From Acidobacteriota bacterium (lineage in GTDB: Bacteria > Acidobacteriota > Vicinamibacteria > Marinacidobacterales > SMYC01), in NCBI GenBank assembly GCA_004356105.1, contig SMYC01000016.1, positions 891 to 64,890 on the forward strand: a stretch of 64,000 nucleotides of DNA, given 5' to 3'. This document shows positions 29,576 to 40,200 of the stretch, piece by piece (within the stretch, counting starts at the first letter, position 1; every line of letters starts with the position of its first letter). A program made the translations under genes and the position numbers. The notes under the pieces are model-generated. The model was given only the letters and a program-made list of their open reading frames with translations, did no database searches and was not told the origin of the DNA.

Positions 29576-32238
29576 TTGGGTCCGCCCGCTTCTCGCTACC
29601 GGCTGCCGGCTATCTGCGTGTTTTTGGTGTTGTTCTCTTGCTAAGTTTGGTTTTCGTTGGGGCGGCGGGGGCTAGCCTCCAGGATGCGGAGTTGGCGCTT
29701 TCCGAGGGGCGTTATGACGAGGCCATCGCGGCGTTCGAGGCAGCATCGGTCAGCATGCCGACGCCGCGGCTCTATCACGGATGGATCGAAGCGCTTCGGC
29801 TTACGGGTAAGAACGATGACGCGCTTGCATGCGTCGATGCCTTTGTCGCAAAAGAGCCGGCTTCTGTAGAGCTCGAGAACGTGCGTGGCGAGGTTCTTTA
29901 CGAGACAGGACATATCGATGAAGCGCGTACCGCTTTCGAAAAAGCGATTGCCGCGGGCGCCCGCGATCATCTTACGGCGGAGCTCAACCTTGCAATCCTT
30001 TACCGGGAGCAGGGCGACTTAGACGAGGCCCTCAGCCGGTTCGATGCCTTCATCGACGTCTACAACGGCAACTCGTCGCTGCGCGCCGACGAGCTCCTCG
30101 CGGTAGGTGTTGCGTGCTGGTATCTCGGCGCGACGAACCCGCAGCTCTTCAAGGACGCTTTGAAAGCCCTCGACGAGGCGAAAGCAGCTGACCCCTCGTC
30201 GATCGAGCCGACGATTTTCGCGGGCTCCTTGTTTCTCGAGAAATATAACAGCCCCGACGCCAGCTCGAGCTTTGACGAAGCGCTCTCCATGAACCCGAAC
30301 CATCCCGAAGCTCTTTTCGGCATGGCCCAAGTGAAGGCCTTCGACGGCTCGCCCGAAGCGCTTACTTTGGCCGAGAAAGTGCTCGAAGTGAACCCGAATC
30401 ACGTCGCGGCCCGCGCGTTCGTCGCGGAGCAGCATCTCGGACTCGAAGATTACGGCAGCGCGCGGTCGGAAGCGGAAAAAGCGCTCGAAGTGAACCCGCT
30501 GTCGCCCGATGCGCTCCCGATTTTGGCCGCGGCGGAGCTTTTGAGCGGCAACGAAGCCGGCTTCCGCGTGGTCGAGGCGCGCGCCCTCGAGAGGAACCCG
30601 CGCGACGCGGATTTTTACAACAAGCTCTCCGAGATCGCCGTCAATAATCGTCTCTACGAGCGTGCCGCGGATTTCGCCAAAAAGGCAGTGGAGCTCGACG
30701 AGCGCTCGTGGTGGGGCTACGGGCTTCTCGGCGTCAATCAGCTCCGGCTCGGTAATATCGAAGAAGGGACCAAGAATCTCGAGCTCTCCTTCAAAGGTGA
30801 CCCCTACCACATCTGGAACAAGAACACGCTCGATCTTCTCGACACCTTCGTCGACTACGAAACGACGCTGACCGAGCGGTTCGAGATATTCATTGAACGT
30901 CAAGAATCCGATCTGCTCTCGGTCCACTACGCAAACGTCGCGGAAGAGGCCTACCAGAAACTCTCGGAGCTCTACCAATACGAACCGCCCACTCCGATAC
31001 GGATCGAGGTCTTCCGGTCGCATGGCGACTTCTCGGTGCGGACGCTCGGGCTCCCCGGGCTCGGTGCTCTCGGCGTTTGTTTCGGCCGGGTGATTGCGGT
31101 CGATTCACCTTCCGCGCGCCAGAAGGGTCAGTTCAACTGGGCGTCGACCCTCTGGCACGAGCTCGCCCACTCGGTGACCCTCGGCATGACCGATCACAAA
31201 GTGCCGCGCTGGTTCTCGGAGGGTCTCTCTGTGCTCGAAGAGCGGCGCGCCCGCCCGGGCTGGGGTGACGACGTGAATCTCGGCTTTCTCGCGGCCTATC
31301 AGCGCGAGCGGCTACTGAAGATAGCGGAGCTGAATAACGGCTTCATGCGTCCCACCTACCCGCAGCAAATCGGGATCTCTTACTATCAGGCATCGCTCGT
31401 CGCGGAGCTCATCGAGCGCGACTTCGAGTTTCAAGCGATCCGCGACATGTTGGCGGCCTATCGTGATGATCTCTCGACGCCGGAAGTTTTTGAGAAAGTG
31501 CTCGGCCTGACGCTCGACGCGTTCGACACGCGCTTCGATGAATATTTGGCCGAGCGCTTCGACGCGATTGCCGCGACCCTTCGGCTCCCGCCCGAAGATG
31601 ACAGGGCGCCCGACTCGGTCGAGGAGCTCGCGACCCGCGCCGAAGAAGACGCGTTCGATTTCATCGCTCAGCTCGAGACCGGACGCCGCGCCCTCGAAGA
31701 GGGCGACATCGAAAAGGCCGAGAAGCTTCTCGAGCGTGCCAAGAAGCTCTTCCCCCAATATGCCGGCGAAGGCAACGCCTATTTAGCACTCGCGAAAATC
31801 CACGAGGATCGGGGCGACATCCGCCGTGCCGCCCAAGAGCTCGCGACCTTCGTCGACATCAACGAGAACCACTACGATGCGCACGTCATGCTAGCCGGGC
31901 TCTACGTGGATCTGGACGAGAAAGCGAAGGCCGCGGAGATTCTGAAGCGCGCACTCTATATCTACCCGTTCGAGCTCGAGGACCATAGAAAACTCGCGGA
32001 GCTCTACCGCGCAACGGGGCGGAAGGATGAGGTTATCGTCGAGCGCCGCGCGCTACTCGCGCTCACGACGGACCGCGCCCAGGCACTCTATGAGCTCGCG
32101 CTCGCCTACCATGAGGCGGGGGACGATAGCCGCGCGCGCCTGGAGCTTTTGAGAGCGCTCGAGCTCGCCCCCGCTTTCAAAGACGGCCTCGCACTCTTGC
32201 TGAAGCTCTCACGTTCCAAGAAAGGCGACGGAGCGTGA
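29572..32238 (+). CDS. Tetratricopeptide-repeat protein with an embedded peptidase MA-like zincin motif
   Basis: The 888-aa protein has a signal/TM N-terminus. TPR-like AxxAxxxY repeats flank WHELAHSVTL...WFSEGLSVLEE (HEXXH plus a downstream Glu). Confidence 0.65.
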   Translation: MIGSARFSLPAAGYLRVFGVVLLLSLVFVGAAGASLQDAELALSEGRYDEAIAAFEAASVSMPTPRLYHGWIEALRLTGKNDDALACVDAFVAKEPASVELENVRGEVLYETGHIDEARTAFEKAIAAGARDHLTAELNLAILYREQGDLDEALSRFDAFIDVYNGNSSLRADELLAVGVACWYLGATNPQLFKDALKALDEAKAADPSSIEPTIFAGSLFLEKYNSPDASSSFDEALSMNPNHPEALFGMAQVKAFDGSPEALTLAEKVLEVNPNHVAARAFVAEQHLGLEDYGSARSEAEKALEVNPLSPDALPILAAAELLSGNEAGFRVVEARALERNPRDADFYNKLSEIAVNNRLYERAADFAKKAVELDERSWWGYGLLGVNQLRLGNIEEGTKNLELSFKGDPYHIWNKNTLDLLDTFVDYETTLTERFEIFIERQESDLLSVHYANVAEEAYQKLSELYQYEPPTPIRIEVFRSHGDFSVRTLGLPGLGALGVCFGRVIAVDSPSARQKGQFNWASTLWHELAHSVTLGMTDHKVPRWFSEGLSVLEERRARPGWGDDVNLGFLAAYQRERLLKIAELNNGFMRPTYPQQIGISYYQASLVAELIERDFEFQAIRDMLAAYRDDLSTPEVFEKVLGLTLDAFDTRFDEYLAERFDAIAATLRLPPEDDRAPDSVEELATRAEEDAFDFIAQLETGRRALEEGDIEKAEKLLERAKKLFPQYAGEGNAYLALAKIHEDRGDIRRAAQELATFVDINENHYDAHVMLAGLYVDLDEKAKAAEILKRALYIYPFELEDHRKLAELYRATGRKDEVIVERRALLALTTDRAQALYELALAYHEAGDDSRARLELLRALELAPAFKDGLALLLKLSRSKKGDGA

Positions 32239-33017
32239 GCCCGACATTGAAAAAGAGATTGTTTCTCGCTCTCGCGGCCGTTGTCGTCATGAGCCTCGCG
32301 GTCCCGATCGGGGCAAGCTTCTTGCAAGGGTTCGACGTTCCCTATGAGAATCACGCCTATAACGGGCGGTTCACCTTCGTTCGGGTCAAGTTCGAACCGA
32401 CGCAATGGGGACGAGGTCCGTATCAGTGGGGGCTGGATCTCAAATGGAACCATGACTACCCCCAGGCCGAGCGGAATTTGATGACGATCCTGAAGCATCA
32501 CACGTCGATATCCCCCAATATGGGGAAGAGCAACATTTACGCGCTCGACGATCCCGAGCTGTTCAGGTATCCCTGGGCCTATCTCTGCGAGGTCGGGTTC
32601 TGGAATCCGACGAAGGCCGAAGCCGAAAGCTTGCGCACCTATTTGCTCAAAGGCGGGTTTCTCGTCGTCGACGATTTCATCACGGAATGGCAGTGGTTCA
32701 ACTATGTCGAGCAGATGCGCAAAGTGATGCCCGATTACCAGCTCGTAGAGCTGGATGTCTCGCATCCGATTTTCAATTCCTTCTTCTACATCGAAACGCT
32801 CGATTTCGAGCACCCCACCTTGCCCGGCTATCAGCCCGTTTACTACGGCATCTTTGAAGACAACGATCCCAAGAAACGGCTCATGGTGATCGCGAATTAC
32901 AACCACGATATCGGCGACTATTGGGAATGGTCGGGAAGTGGCTGGGTACCCATCGATATCTCGAACGAGGCTTTCAAGCTCGGTGTCAACTACGTCGTTT
33001 ACGGGATGACGCATTGA
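32235..33017 (+). CDS. DUF4159-like secreted protein (paralog 2)
   Basis: Signal peptide. YLLKGGFLVVDDFITEW...HPIFNSFFY...GVNYVVYGMTH is paralogous to 25291-26274. Confidence 0.55.
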   Translation: MSPTLKKRLFLALAAVVVMSLAVPIGASFLQGFDVPYENHAYNGRFTFVRVKFEPTQWGRGPYQWGLDLKWNHDYPQAERNLMTILKHHTSISPNMGKSNIYALDDPELFRYPWAYLCEVGFWNPTKAEAESLRTYLLKGGFLVVDDFITEWQWFNYVEQMRKVMPDYQLVELDVSHPIFNSFFYIETLDFEHPTLPGYQPVYYGIFEDNDPKKRLMVIANYNHDIGDYWEWSGSGWVPIDISNEAFKLGVNYVVYGMTH

Positions 33018-33035
33018 AGGCGTGCTTACTGATGA

Positions 33036-34112
33036 TTGCTGACGGGATGCGGGGCACACCGAAAGAAAGGAAAGCTAGTCTTGGCTGAAGAAGAAAAAGT
33101 CGCCCTCGAATCCGAAGATGACATCGCCCTCGCGGACAAGCTCAAAGACGCTTATGCGAATGTTACGAGCGAGATCAAAAAGCAAATCGTGGGCCAGGAA
33201 GGCCCGATCGAACAGGTGCTCATATCTCTGTTCGTCGGCGGCAATTCCATCATCACGGGCGTTCCCGGCCTTGCGAAGACGATGATCGTGCACACCGTTG
33301 CCCAGGTCCTGGATCTCAAATTCGCTCGGATCCAGTTTACGCCGGATCTGATGCCGTCCGACATCACGGGCACCGACCTCGTGCAAGAAGACCCGCAAAC
33401 GGGTAAGCGCGAGCTCGTCTTCATGCCCGGGCCCATCTTCAACAACATCGTGCTCGCCGACGAGATCAACCGGACGCCGCCCAAGACACAATCGGCGCTT
33501 CTCGAAGCCATGCAGGAGCACCAGGTCACGATTCAAGGACGCACCTATCCGCTCGAAGAGCCTTTTTTCGTCTTCGCGACCCAGAACCCGATCGAGCTCG
33601 AAGGCACCTATCCGCTTCCTGAAGCACAGCTCGACCGCTTCATGTTCAACATCATCATTGATTACATGCCGGAAGAGGACGAGATGGAGGTGGTGCGGCA
33701 GACGACGGCGATACAGGAAATTAGCTTCAACAACGTTATCACCGGTGAAGACATCCTGGCGTTCCAAAGGCTCGTGCGGCGCGTGCCGGTCGCGGAGTCG
33801 ATCATGCGCTACGCGGTGCGCCTCTCACGGACGTCGCGGCCAGGCGAAGAGGGTGCTCCTGACTTCGTCGAGAAGTGGGTCGAGTACGGTGCGAGCGTCC
33901 GGGCGGCGCAGTACATCATCCTCGGCAGCAAGGCCCGGGCCATCATGGATGGGCGCTATCACGTGAGTTATGAGGACATTCGCGCCCTCGCGCCGCCGGT
34001 CTTTCGCCACCGCATCCTGACCAATTTCCACGCGCAGTCGGAGAAGATTTCCTCGGAGAAGATCCTCGACCAGCTTCTTGAAACGGTCGATGCTCCGAAA
34101 TCAAGAATGTGA
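33036..34112 (+). CDS. MoxR-family AAA+ ATPase
   Basis: IVGQEGPIEQVLISLFVGGNSIITGVPGLAKT (Walker A), LADEINRTPPKTQSALLEAMQE (Walker B / sensor 1), and VFATQNP. Confidence 0.9.
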   Translation: MLTGCGAHRKKGKLVLAEEEKVALESEDDIALADKLKDAYANVTSEIKKQIVGQEGPIEQVLISLFVGGNSIITGVPGLAKTMIVHTVAQVLDLKFARIQFTPDLMPSDITGTDLVQEDPQTGKRELVFMPGPIFNNIVLADEINRTPPKTQSALLEAMQEHQVTIQGRTYPLEEPFFVFATQNPIELEGTYPLPEAQLDRFMFNIIIDYMPEEDEMEVVRQTTAIQEISFNNVITGEDILAFQRLVRRVPVAESIMRYAVRLSRTSRPGEEGAPDFVEKWVEYGASVRAAQYIILGSKARAIMDGRYHVSYEDIRALAPPVFRHRILTNFHAQSEKISSEKILDQLLETVDAPKSRM

Positions 34113-34154
34113 TGTTCAGCATTCAGCATTCAGGATATTCGGATTTAGCTCGGC

Positions 34155-35063
34155 ATGGCTGAAACACAGGAGCGGCTCGGGCAGTTTGTCGACCCTCACG
34201 TGCTTGGGCGCATCTCGAATTTGAAGTTGCTCGCGCGTAGTGTGGTGCAGGGGTTTATTAGTGGGCTTCATCGCTCGACTTATCTCGGGCGCTCGGTCGA
34301 TTTTGCCGAGCATCGGGCTTATATGCCGGGGGATGACATTCGTCAGATCGATTGGAGGCTCTTCGCGCGGACCGACCGCTTCTACGTGAAACAGTTCGAG
34401 GCGGATACGAATACGAGCCTGACGGTGCTTCTCGACATCTCGCGCTCGATGAACTTCGGGAGCGAAGGCATCACGAAGCTCGACTATGCGCGCTACCTCG
34501 CGGCGTCGCTCGCGGTGTTCTCGCAAAAACAGCGCGATCGCATCGGCCTCGTCACCTTCGACGAGGACATCGTGGATTTCGTGCCCCCTTCGGCGAAACA
34601 TCTCGAGATCGTGCTTCACACTATCGATCGTGTGAAGTCCACCAAGGCGGGCGAGTACCGGAAGCCTTTGCAAAAAATCGCCGGGGCGATCCAGCGGCGG
34701 AGCATCGTCGTGCTCATTTCGGATCTCTATGACGAGCCGGAGGCCATCCTCGACGCCGTGAAGGGGTTGCGGTACAAAGGGAACGACCTCATCGTCTTCC
34801 ACGTTCTCGACCCCGCCGAGCTCAGTTTTCCCTATGACGGAGCCGCGAATTATCGAGACCTCGAATCGGGCGAGGCTCAGCCGATCATTCCCGAATATTT
34901 GCGGGACGAGTATCGCAAGCTCGTCCAGGAGCACATCTCGCGCCTGACCCACACGCTCGGTGATAATAAAATCGATTATGTGCTCATGGACACGTCCACA
35001 CCGCTCGAATACGCACTTTTTCATTTCCTCTCGAGCCGTGAACGGATGACGCGGACGAGGTGA
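34155..35063 (+). CDS. DUF58 protein (VWA-like MoxR partner)
   Basis: GRSVDFAEHRAYMPGDDIRQIDWRLFARTDRFYVKQFE...LLDISRSM is the hallmark DUF58 motif. Confidence 0.85.
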   Translation: MAETQERLGQFVDPHVLGRISNLKLLARSVVQGFISGLHRSTYLGRSVDFAEHRAYMPGDDIRQIDWRLFARTDRFYVKQFEADTNTSLTVLLDISRSMNFGSEGITKLDYARYLAASLAVFSQKQRDRIGLVTFDEDIVDFVPPSAKHLEIVLHTIDRVKSTKAGEYRKPLQKIAGAIQRRSIVVLISDLYDEPEAILDAVKGLRYKGNDLIVFHVLDPAELSFPYDGAANYRDLESGEAQPIIPEYLRDEYRKLVQEHISRLTHTLGDNKIDYVLMDTSTPLEYALFHFLSSRERMTRTR

Positions 35064-35067
35064 GCCC

Positions 35068-37200
35068 ATGAGTTTTCTCACTCCTGCTTTTTTTCTCGGC
35101 GCGTTGGCGCTGGCGATCCCGGTCATCATTCATCTGACGAACCGTGAGAAGAAGGAAATCGTCGACTTTCCCTCGCTCATGTTTCTCCGGCGTATTCCGT
35201 ATCGGTCAGTACGTCGGCAGCGGCTCCGCCATCTGCTACTTTTTGCGCTGCGCTGTCTCGCGCTGCTCCTCTTGATCTTGGCCTTCGCGCGCCCGTTCCT
35301 CGAATCGACGACGGCGGCGAGTGCTTTGTCTCTGGGACCTCGTGAAGTGGTTTTCGTGCTCGATCACTCCTACAGCATGGGCTACGAGGACCGGCTCGAG
35401 CGTGCCAAAGATGAGATACGCAGGCAGATTGCAATGCTTTCGCCCGACGAGCGCGCATCGGTCGTCGTCTTCTCGGATCGCGCGGAGATCTCGAATCAAC
35501 CGACCTCCGACAAAGATCAGCTGAGAGCGATCGTAAACGGCGTCACGCTTTCGGCACGAACGACGCGCTACGGTCCCGCCTTGAAGCTCGCCAAGAAGAT
35601 CGTCGACGAATCGTCGCTGACGCGGAAGGAAGTCTTCCTGCTGACCGATTTTCAGCGTCTCGGCTGGGAAGGCGATGAGGACGTTTGGTTTCCCGCGGAT
35701 ACGAAATTCACGACCATTGATGTCGGGAGCCCGAAATCTGCCAATCTCGCGGTGACGGGTGTGATTCTCGAGCGCAAAAAGACCGACAGAAGTAAGAACG
35801 CATCATCCTCAGTCTCAGTGCGCGAGCGGCTCATCGCTACCGCGCGTGTCACCTACAAGGCGCCCGATGGTGACCCGCCGGTCGAGACCAATATCCGACT
35901 TCTGCTCAACGGCCGTTCGCTCCAGTCGAAAAAGCTTCAGCTCGCCCCGAACAGCTCGACCACGGTGAGCTTCGATCCTCTGACGCTTCCGGGTGGCGTC
36001 TCGCGCGGGACGGTTCAGCTCGACGCCGACAAACTCGAGATCGACAACGCCTATCACTTCGTGCTCTGGCCAGGGCAATCGTTGAACGTGCTGTCACTGG
36101 ACGGAAATCGTGGCAGAAGCCTCTACGTAGATCGCGCCTTGGCGATCGGCGAACGGCCGTCATTTCGCCTCGAGAGCAAACGGATGAGCCAATTGGGCGC
36201 CGCCGATCTGGCGGGTCGGCATGTGGTGCTCTTGAACGACGTCGCTTCGTTCGGGGCCGCTAGAGCGCGTCTTCTCGAGCGCTTTGTCAAAGAAGGTGGC
36301 GGTCTCATCATCGCACTCGGGGAAGCGAGCGGCCGGAACAGTTTCACCGGAGACGCCGCGCGACTCCTGCCGGCGCCGCTCGGGGGTTCCACCGATCGCG
36401 CTCGTGACTGGGGTGGGACATTGTCTTATTTGGATTACGGATCGCCGGTCTTCGAAATCTTTGGAGCACCGCATAGTGGCGATTTTTCCGCGGCCAAATT
36501 TTTTCGCTACCGCACCTTCGAAGGGCCGATTTCAAGCGGCATACTCGCACGCTACGATGATGGGGCTGTAGCACTTGCCGAGAAGACCATCGGCGAGGGT
36601 CGAGTGCTCGTGTGGACGTCGACGCTCGACACTTTCTGGAACGACTTGGCGTTGCAGCCCGTGTTCTTGCCTTTTCTGCACCAGCTCATAAAATACGCCG
36701 CTGGCTACGCGGAGGTGAACGCATGGCATACCGTCGGCGAGGTCGCGGATCTCGAGCAATTTCTTGCCGTGGCAGGCGAGGACACAGCATCCGATGGCGA
36801 ACGGAAAGTCGATCTCGTCGTCTCGTCGCCTTCCGGAACGCGCACGATCATCCCGCCGAGCGAAGAACGCGCGCTCTTGTCGCTTTCGGAGCAAGGATTC
36901 TACGAGATTCGCCAGGCAGGCAGCGGTTCTGGGACGGCCGTGGCCATGGCCCTCGCGTCGAACTTGGATTTGACCGAGTCCGATCTCGCCAAGCTCGATC
37001 CGGAGGAGCTCGTGGCCTCGGTCACCTTTCGTGACTTGAGCGCCGCCGCTCCCGCCGCGGGGGAGACAGTGGCCGACCGAGAAGGACGGCAGGGCTTTTG
37101 GTGGTATTTGCTCGTCGCCGCTTTCATTGCTCTGGCGATGGAGACAATCCTTTCGAATCGCTTGTCGCGCGCTCGGACCGTGGTGTCTGCTGTCGGCTAA
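35068..37200 (+). CDS. BatA-like protein with an N-terminal double-TM anchor and a VWA domain
   Basis: PAFFLGALALAIPVIIHL...LALLLLILAFARP are the double-TM helices, then FVLDHSYSM (MIDAS). The 710-aa size matches the 600-700-aa two-anchor family. Confidence 0.75.
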   Translation: MSFLTPAFFLGALALAIPVIIHLTNREKKEIVDFPSLMFLRRIPYRSVRRQRLRHLLLFALRCLALLLLILAFARPFLESTTAASALSLGPREVVFVLDHSYSMGYEDRLERAKDEIRRQIAMLSPDERASVVVFSDRAEISNQPTSDKDQLRAIVNGVTLSARTTRYGPALKLAKKIVDESSLTRKEVFLLTDFQRLGWEGDEDVWFPADTKFTTIDVGSPKSANLAVTGVILERKKTDRSKNASSSVSVRERLIATARVTYKAPDGDPPVETNIRLLLNGRSLQSKKLQLAPNSSTTVSFDPLTLPGGVSRGTVQLDADKLEIDNAYHFVLWPGQSLNVLSLDGNRGRSLYVDRALAIGERPSFRLESKRMSQLGAADLAGRHVVLLNDVASFGAARARLLERFVKEGGGLIIALGEASGRNSFTGDAARLLPAPLGGSTDRARDWGGTLSYLDYGSPVFEIFGAPHSGDFSAAKFFRYRTFEGPISSGILARYDDGAVALAEKTIGEGRVLVWTSTLDTFWNDLALQPVFLPFLHQLIKYAAGYAEVNAWHTVGEVADLEQFLAVAGEDTASDGERKVDLVVSSPSGTRTIIPPSEERALLSLSEQGFYEIRQAGSGSGTAVAMALASNLDLTESDLAKLDPEELVASVTFRDLSAAAPAAGETVADREGRQGFWWYLLVAAFIALAMETILSNRLSRARTVVSAVG

Positions 37201-37274
37201 GTCAAGCTATACTAGTAAGTAAGCGTGAAGCGCTTTGGGCACGAACAGCTAGATGATTTTTCGGAGCTTAGGCA

Positions 37275-40200
37275 ATGGAGATTTTCGAGACATCGGGCTA
37301 CCCGCAATTACTTCGAGTCATCCGCTACGTAAGAAGCCGTTGGCGTATCCGGAACACGGTCAGAGGCATCGCCTTTCTTCTGCTGTTCGGGCTCGTGGCC
37401 TTCGCCATCTCCGCTTACGGGATGGAGTATTTCCGCTATAGCGCGTGGTCCGTCCGGCTCTTCCGCATCTTTACTTATGTTGCGCTCGTCGGCGTCGCTT
37501 TGCGGTTCCTCATACGCCCTCTCGCGAAGCGCGTCACTAACGAACAAGTCGCACTCTATATCGAAGAACACGATCCGTCCTTGAAAGAGGCCCTCTCGAG
37601 TGCGCTCGAGGTGGGCGGTTTCGAGAATGGCGAGGGCCGGACGAAGAAGGCTGATGCGAGCGTGTCGCCTGCTCTCATCGAGAAGCTCGTCGAGCAAACG
37701 GTGGAGCGCTGTGAGTCTATCGATTACGGGCACGTGATCGATCAAGATGGTCTGAAGAAAAGCTCAGCCGTTTTCCTTGCCGTGGCGGTTGCCGGAATGA
37801 TTGCGGTCCTGCTCAGCCCCGGCTTTTTGCGCTACGGTGCGGGGCTTCTTCTCAACCCGATGAGAAGCGCCCAAGCGGCGAGCCCTTACTTGATCGTTGT
37901 CGAGCCCGGTGACATCGGCGTCGCGCGCGGCGCCGATCAACTCGTGACGGCGGAGCTTCAGGGATTCGATGCTGAAGAGTCGGATATCGCTGTCAAGAGC
38001 GAAGGCGAGGACGAGTGGCGCCGTTTACCAATGAGCTTCGACGACGAGACGGGACTCTATTCGTTCATGCTCTTCGATCTCGAGGACCCGACGGAATATT
38101 ACGTCGAGGCCCATGGCGTCCGGTCAGATTTATTTCGCGTGGATGTCTCGGATCTGCCTTACGTGCGGCGTATCGATCTCGAATACGAGTTCCCGAGCTA
38201 TACCGGGCTCTCTCCGCAGCGTGTAGAGGACGGGGGCGACATCGCGGCGCTTCGAGGAACCAAAGTCCATCTGAGCATCCATCCGACGGTCCGCGTCGCC
38301 GGTGGCGTGCTCGCGGTTGAAGACAAGGATCCGGTGCCGCTCCAGCTCGGCCCGGACGGCAATTTGTCGGTGACGCTCGAGCTCGTCGAGGACGGTTTCT
38401 ATCGCATCGATCTCGAATCCTTCGACGAAACGTTGCAGCCTGCATCTCCCGACTACGCCATCGAGCTTCTGTCGGATCAGCCTCCTTCGGTGACGATCGT
38501 GAAACCCGGCAGGGATTCGAAAGTGAATCCGATCGAGGAAGTGTTCACCGAGATCAAAGGCGAAGACGATTACGGCCTGCGCCGCCTCGAGCTCGTCTTT
38601 TCGGTGAATGGGGGCGAAGAGCAGATCGTCGTGCTTTATGACGGACGCGGGAAGAAAGAAATGATCGCGGGCTACACATTCTTCCTCGAAGATTACGAGC
38701 TTCAGCCAGGCGATTTCATTTCCTATTATGCGCGCGCCAAAGATGTCGGCGGCACGCAAGTGGCGATGACGGACATCTATTTCATCGAAGCGCGGCCCTT
38801 CGATCGCCAATATCGTCAAGCCCAAGGCGGGATGCAGGGCGGCGGTGGCGGCGGTATGGAAGGCACGCTGTCCCTCCGTCAGCGCGAGATCGTGGCAGCG
38901 ACGTTCAAGCTCATTCGCGACAAGGCCAAGTACAAAAAGCGGGACTGGGAAGAAAATCTCACAACGATAGCGCTCATGGAGGGCCGGCTTCGGGATCAAG
39001 TTACCAACTTGCTGCGCCGCATGGGCAATCGCGGTATTACCGCTGTGGATAGTGATTTCGTGACCATCAGCGAGTCTTTGAAAAAGGCCATCGATGAGAT
39101 GGGCTTGGCCGAGGAGAGCTTGACGGTCAAAGACCCGGACGAAGCGATGCCGTTCGAGCAGCGGGCGCTACAACATCTGCAGCGGGCCGATGCCTTTTTT
39201 CGCGAAGTGCAGGTCTCCTTCCAACAGGGTGGCGGCGGTGGCGGCGGTCAGGCCGCAAGCGCCGAGGACCTCGCGGATCTCTTCGAGCTCGAGCTCGACA
39301 AGCTCCGGAATCAGTACGAGATGGTGCAGCGCGGACAGCGGCAGAGTGTCGACAACGAAGTCGATGAAGCGCTCCAGCGGTTGCAAGAGCTTGCGCGCCG
39401 CCAGCAGCAGGAGAACGAACGGATGCGCCGCCGGGCTAGCCGCCTACGCAACCAAATGGGTGGCGGCTCTGGCATGAGCCAGCGCGAGCTCGCTGAGCAG
39501 ACCAAAGAGCTCGCGCGCGAGCTCGAGCGTCTCTCGCGCGATCATTCTTCTCCCGATCTCAAGGACACGGCGCGCCGCCTCGAGCAGGCGGCCAACGACA
39601 TGATGCGAGCGGGAGCCAGGGGCGACGACGGCGCGCTCGCCGAAGGGCTGGCCGCGCTCGACAAGCTCAAAGACGCACGCCGTTTGCTCGACAAGAACCG
39701 GTCGGTGCGGCTCGAGCGCGATATGGATGATGTGATAGAACAGGTGGAGCGCCTGAAGGCGCAACAAGAGCGCATCCAGTCCGAGGTGTCTAAGCTCAGT
39801 GCACAAGGCCAGGGAAGCGGTGAGCGACTGAAGCGTATCTTCGAGCGCAAGGACGAGCTTGCCGAGCAGGTTGCCAATCTGGAATCCCAGCTAGATCGAA
39901 TGGCGCGGGACTCGCGTAGCGAACAAAAAGAAGCCTCGCGTAAGATCCAAGAGGCGGCCAACTCGATTCGCGATACGAAGCTCAAGGAGAAGATCCGCTA
40001 TAGCAAGGGTGTCGTTCAGGGACGCTCGGGACAATATGCCGATAATTTCGAGACCGTCATCGGCGAGGACATCGAATCGCTACGCGATCGCCTCGGTGAA
40101 GCGCGGGGTGCAATCGGCAAGTCCGAGCAAGACAAAGTCGCCGAGGCGATCAACCAGACGCGCGACCTCGTGCGGAACCTCGAGTCGCTTTCGGAGCGCA

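Noticed and set aside
30019-31023. 334-aa ORF on the minus strand
   Set aside because: It is antisense to the TPR/HEXXH gene. It is spurious.
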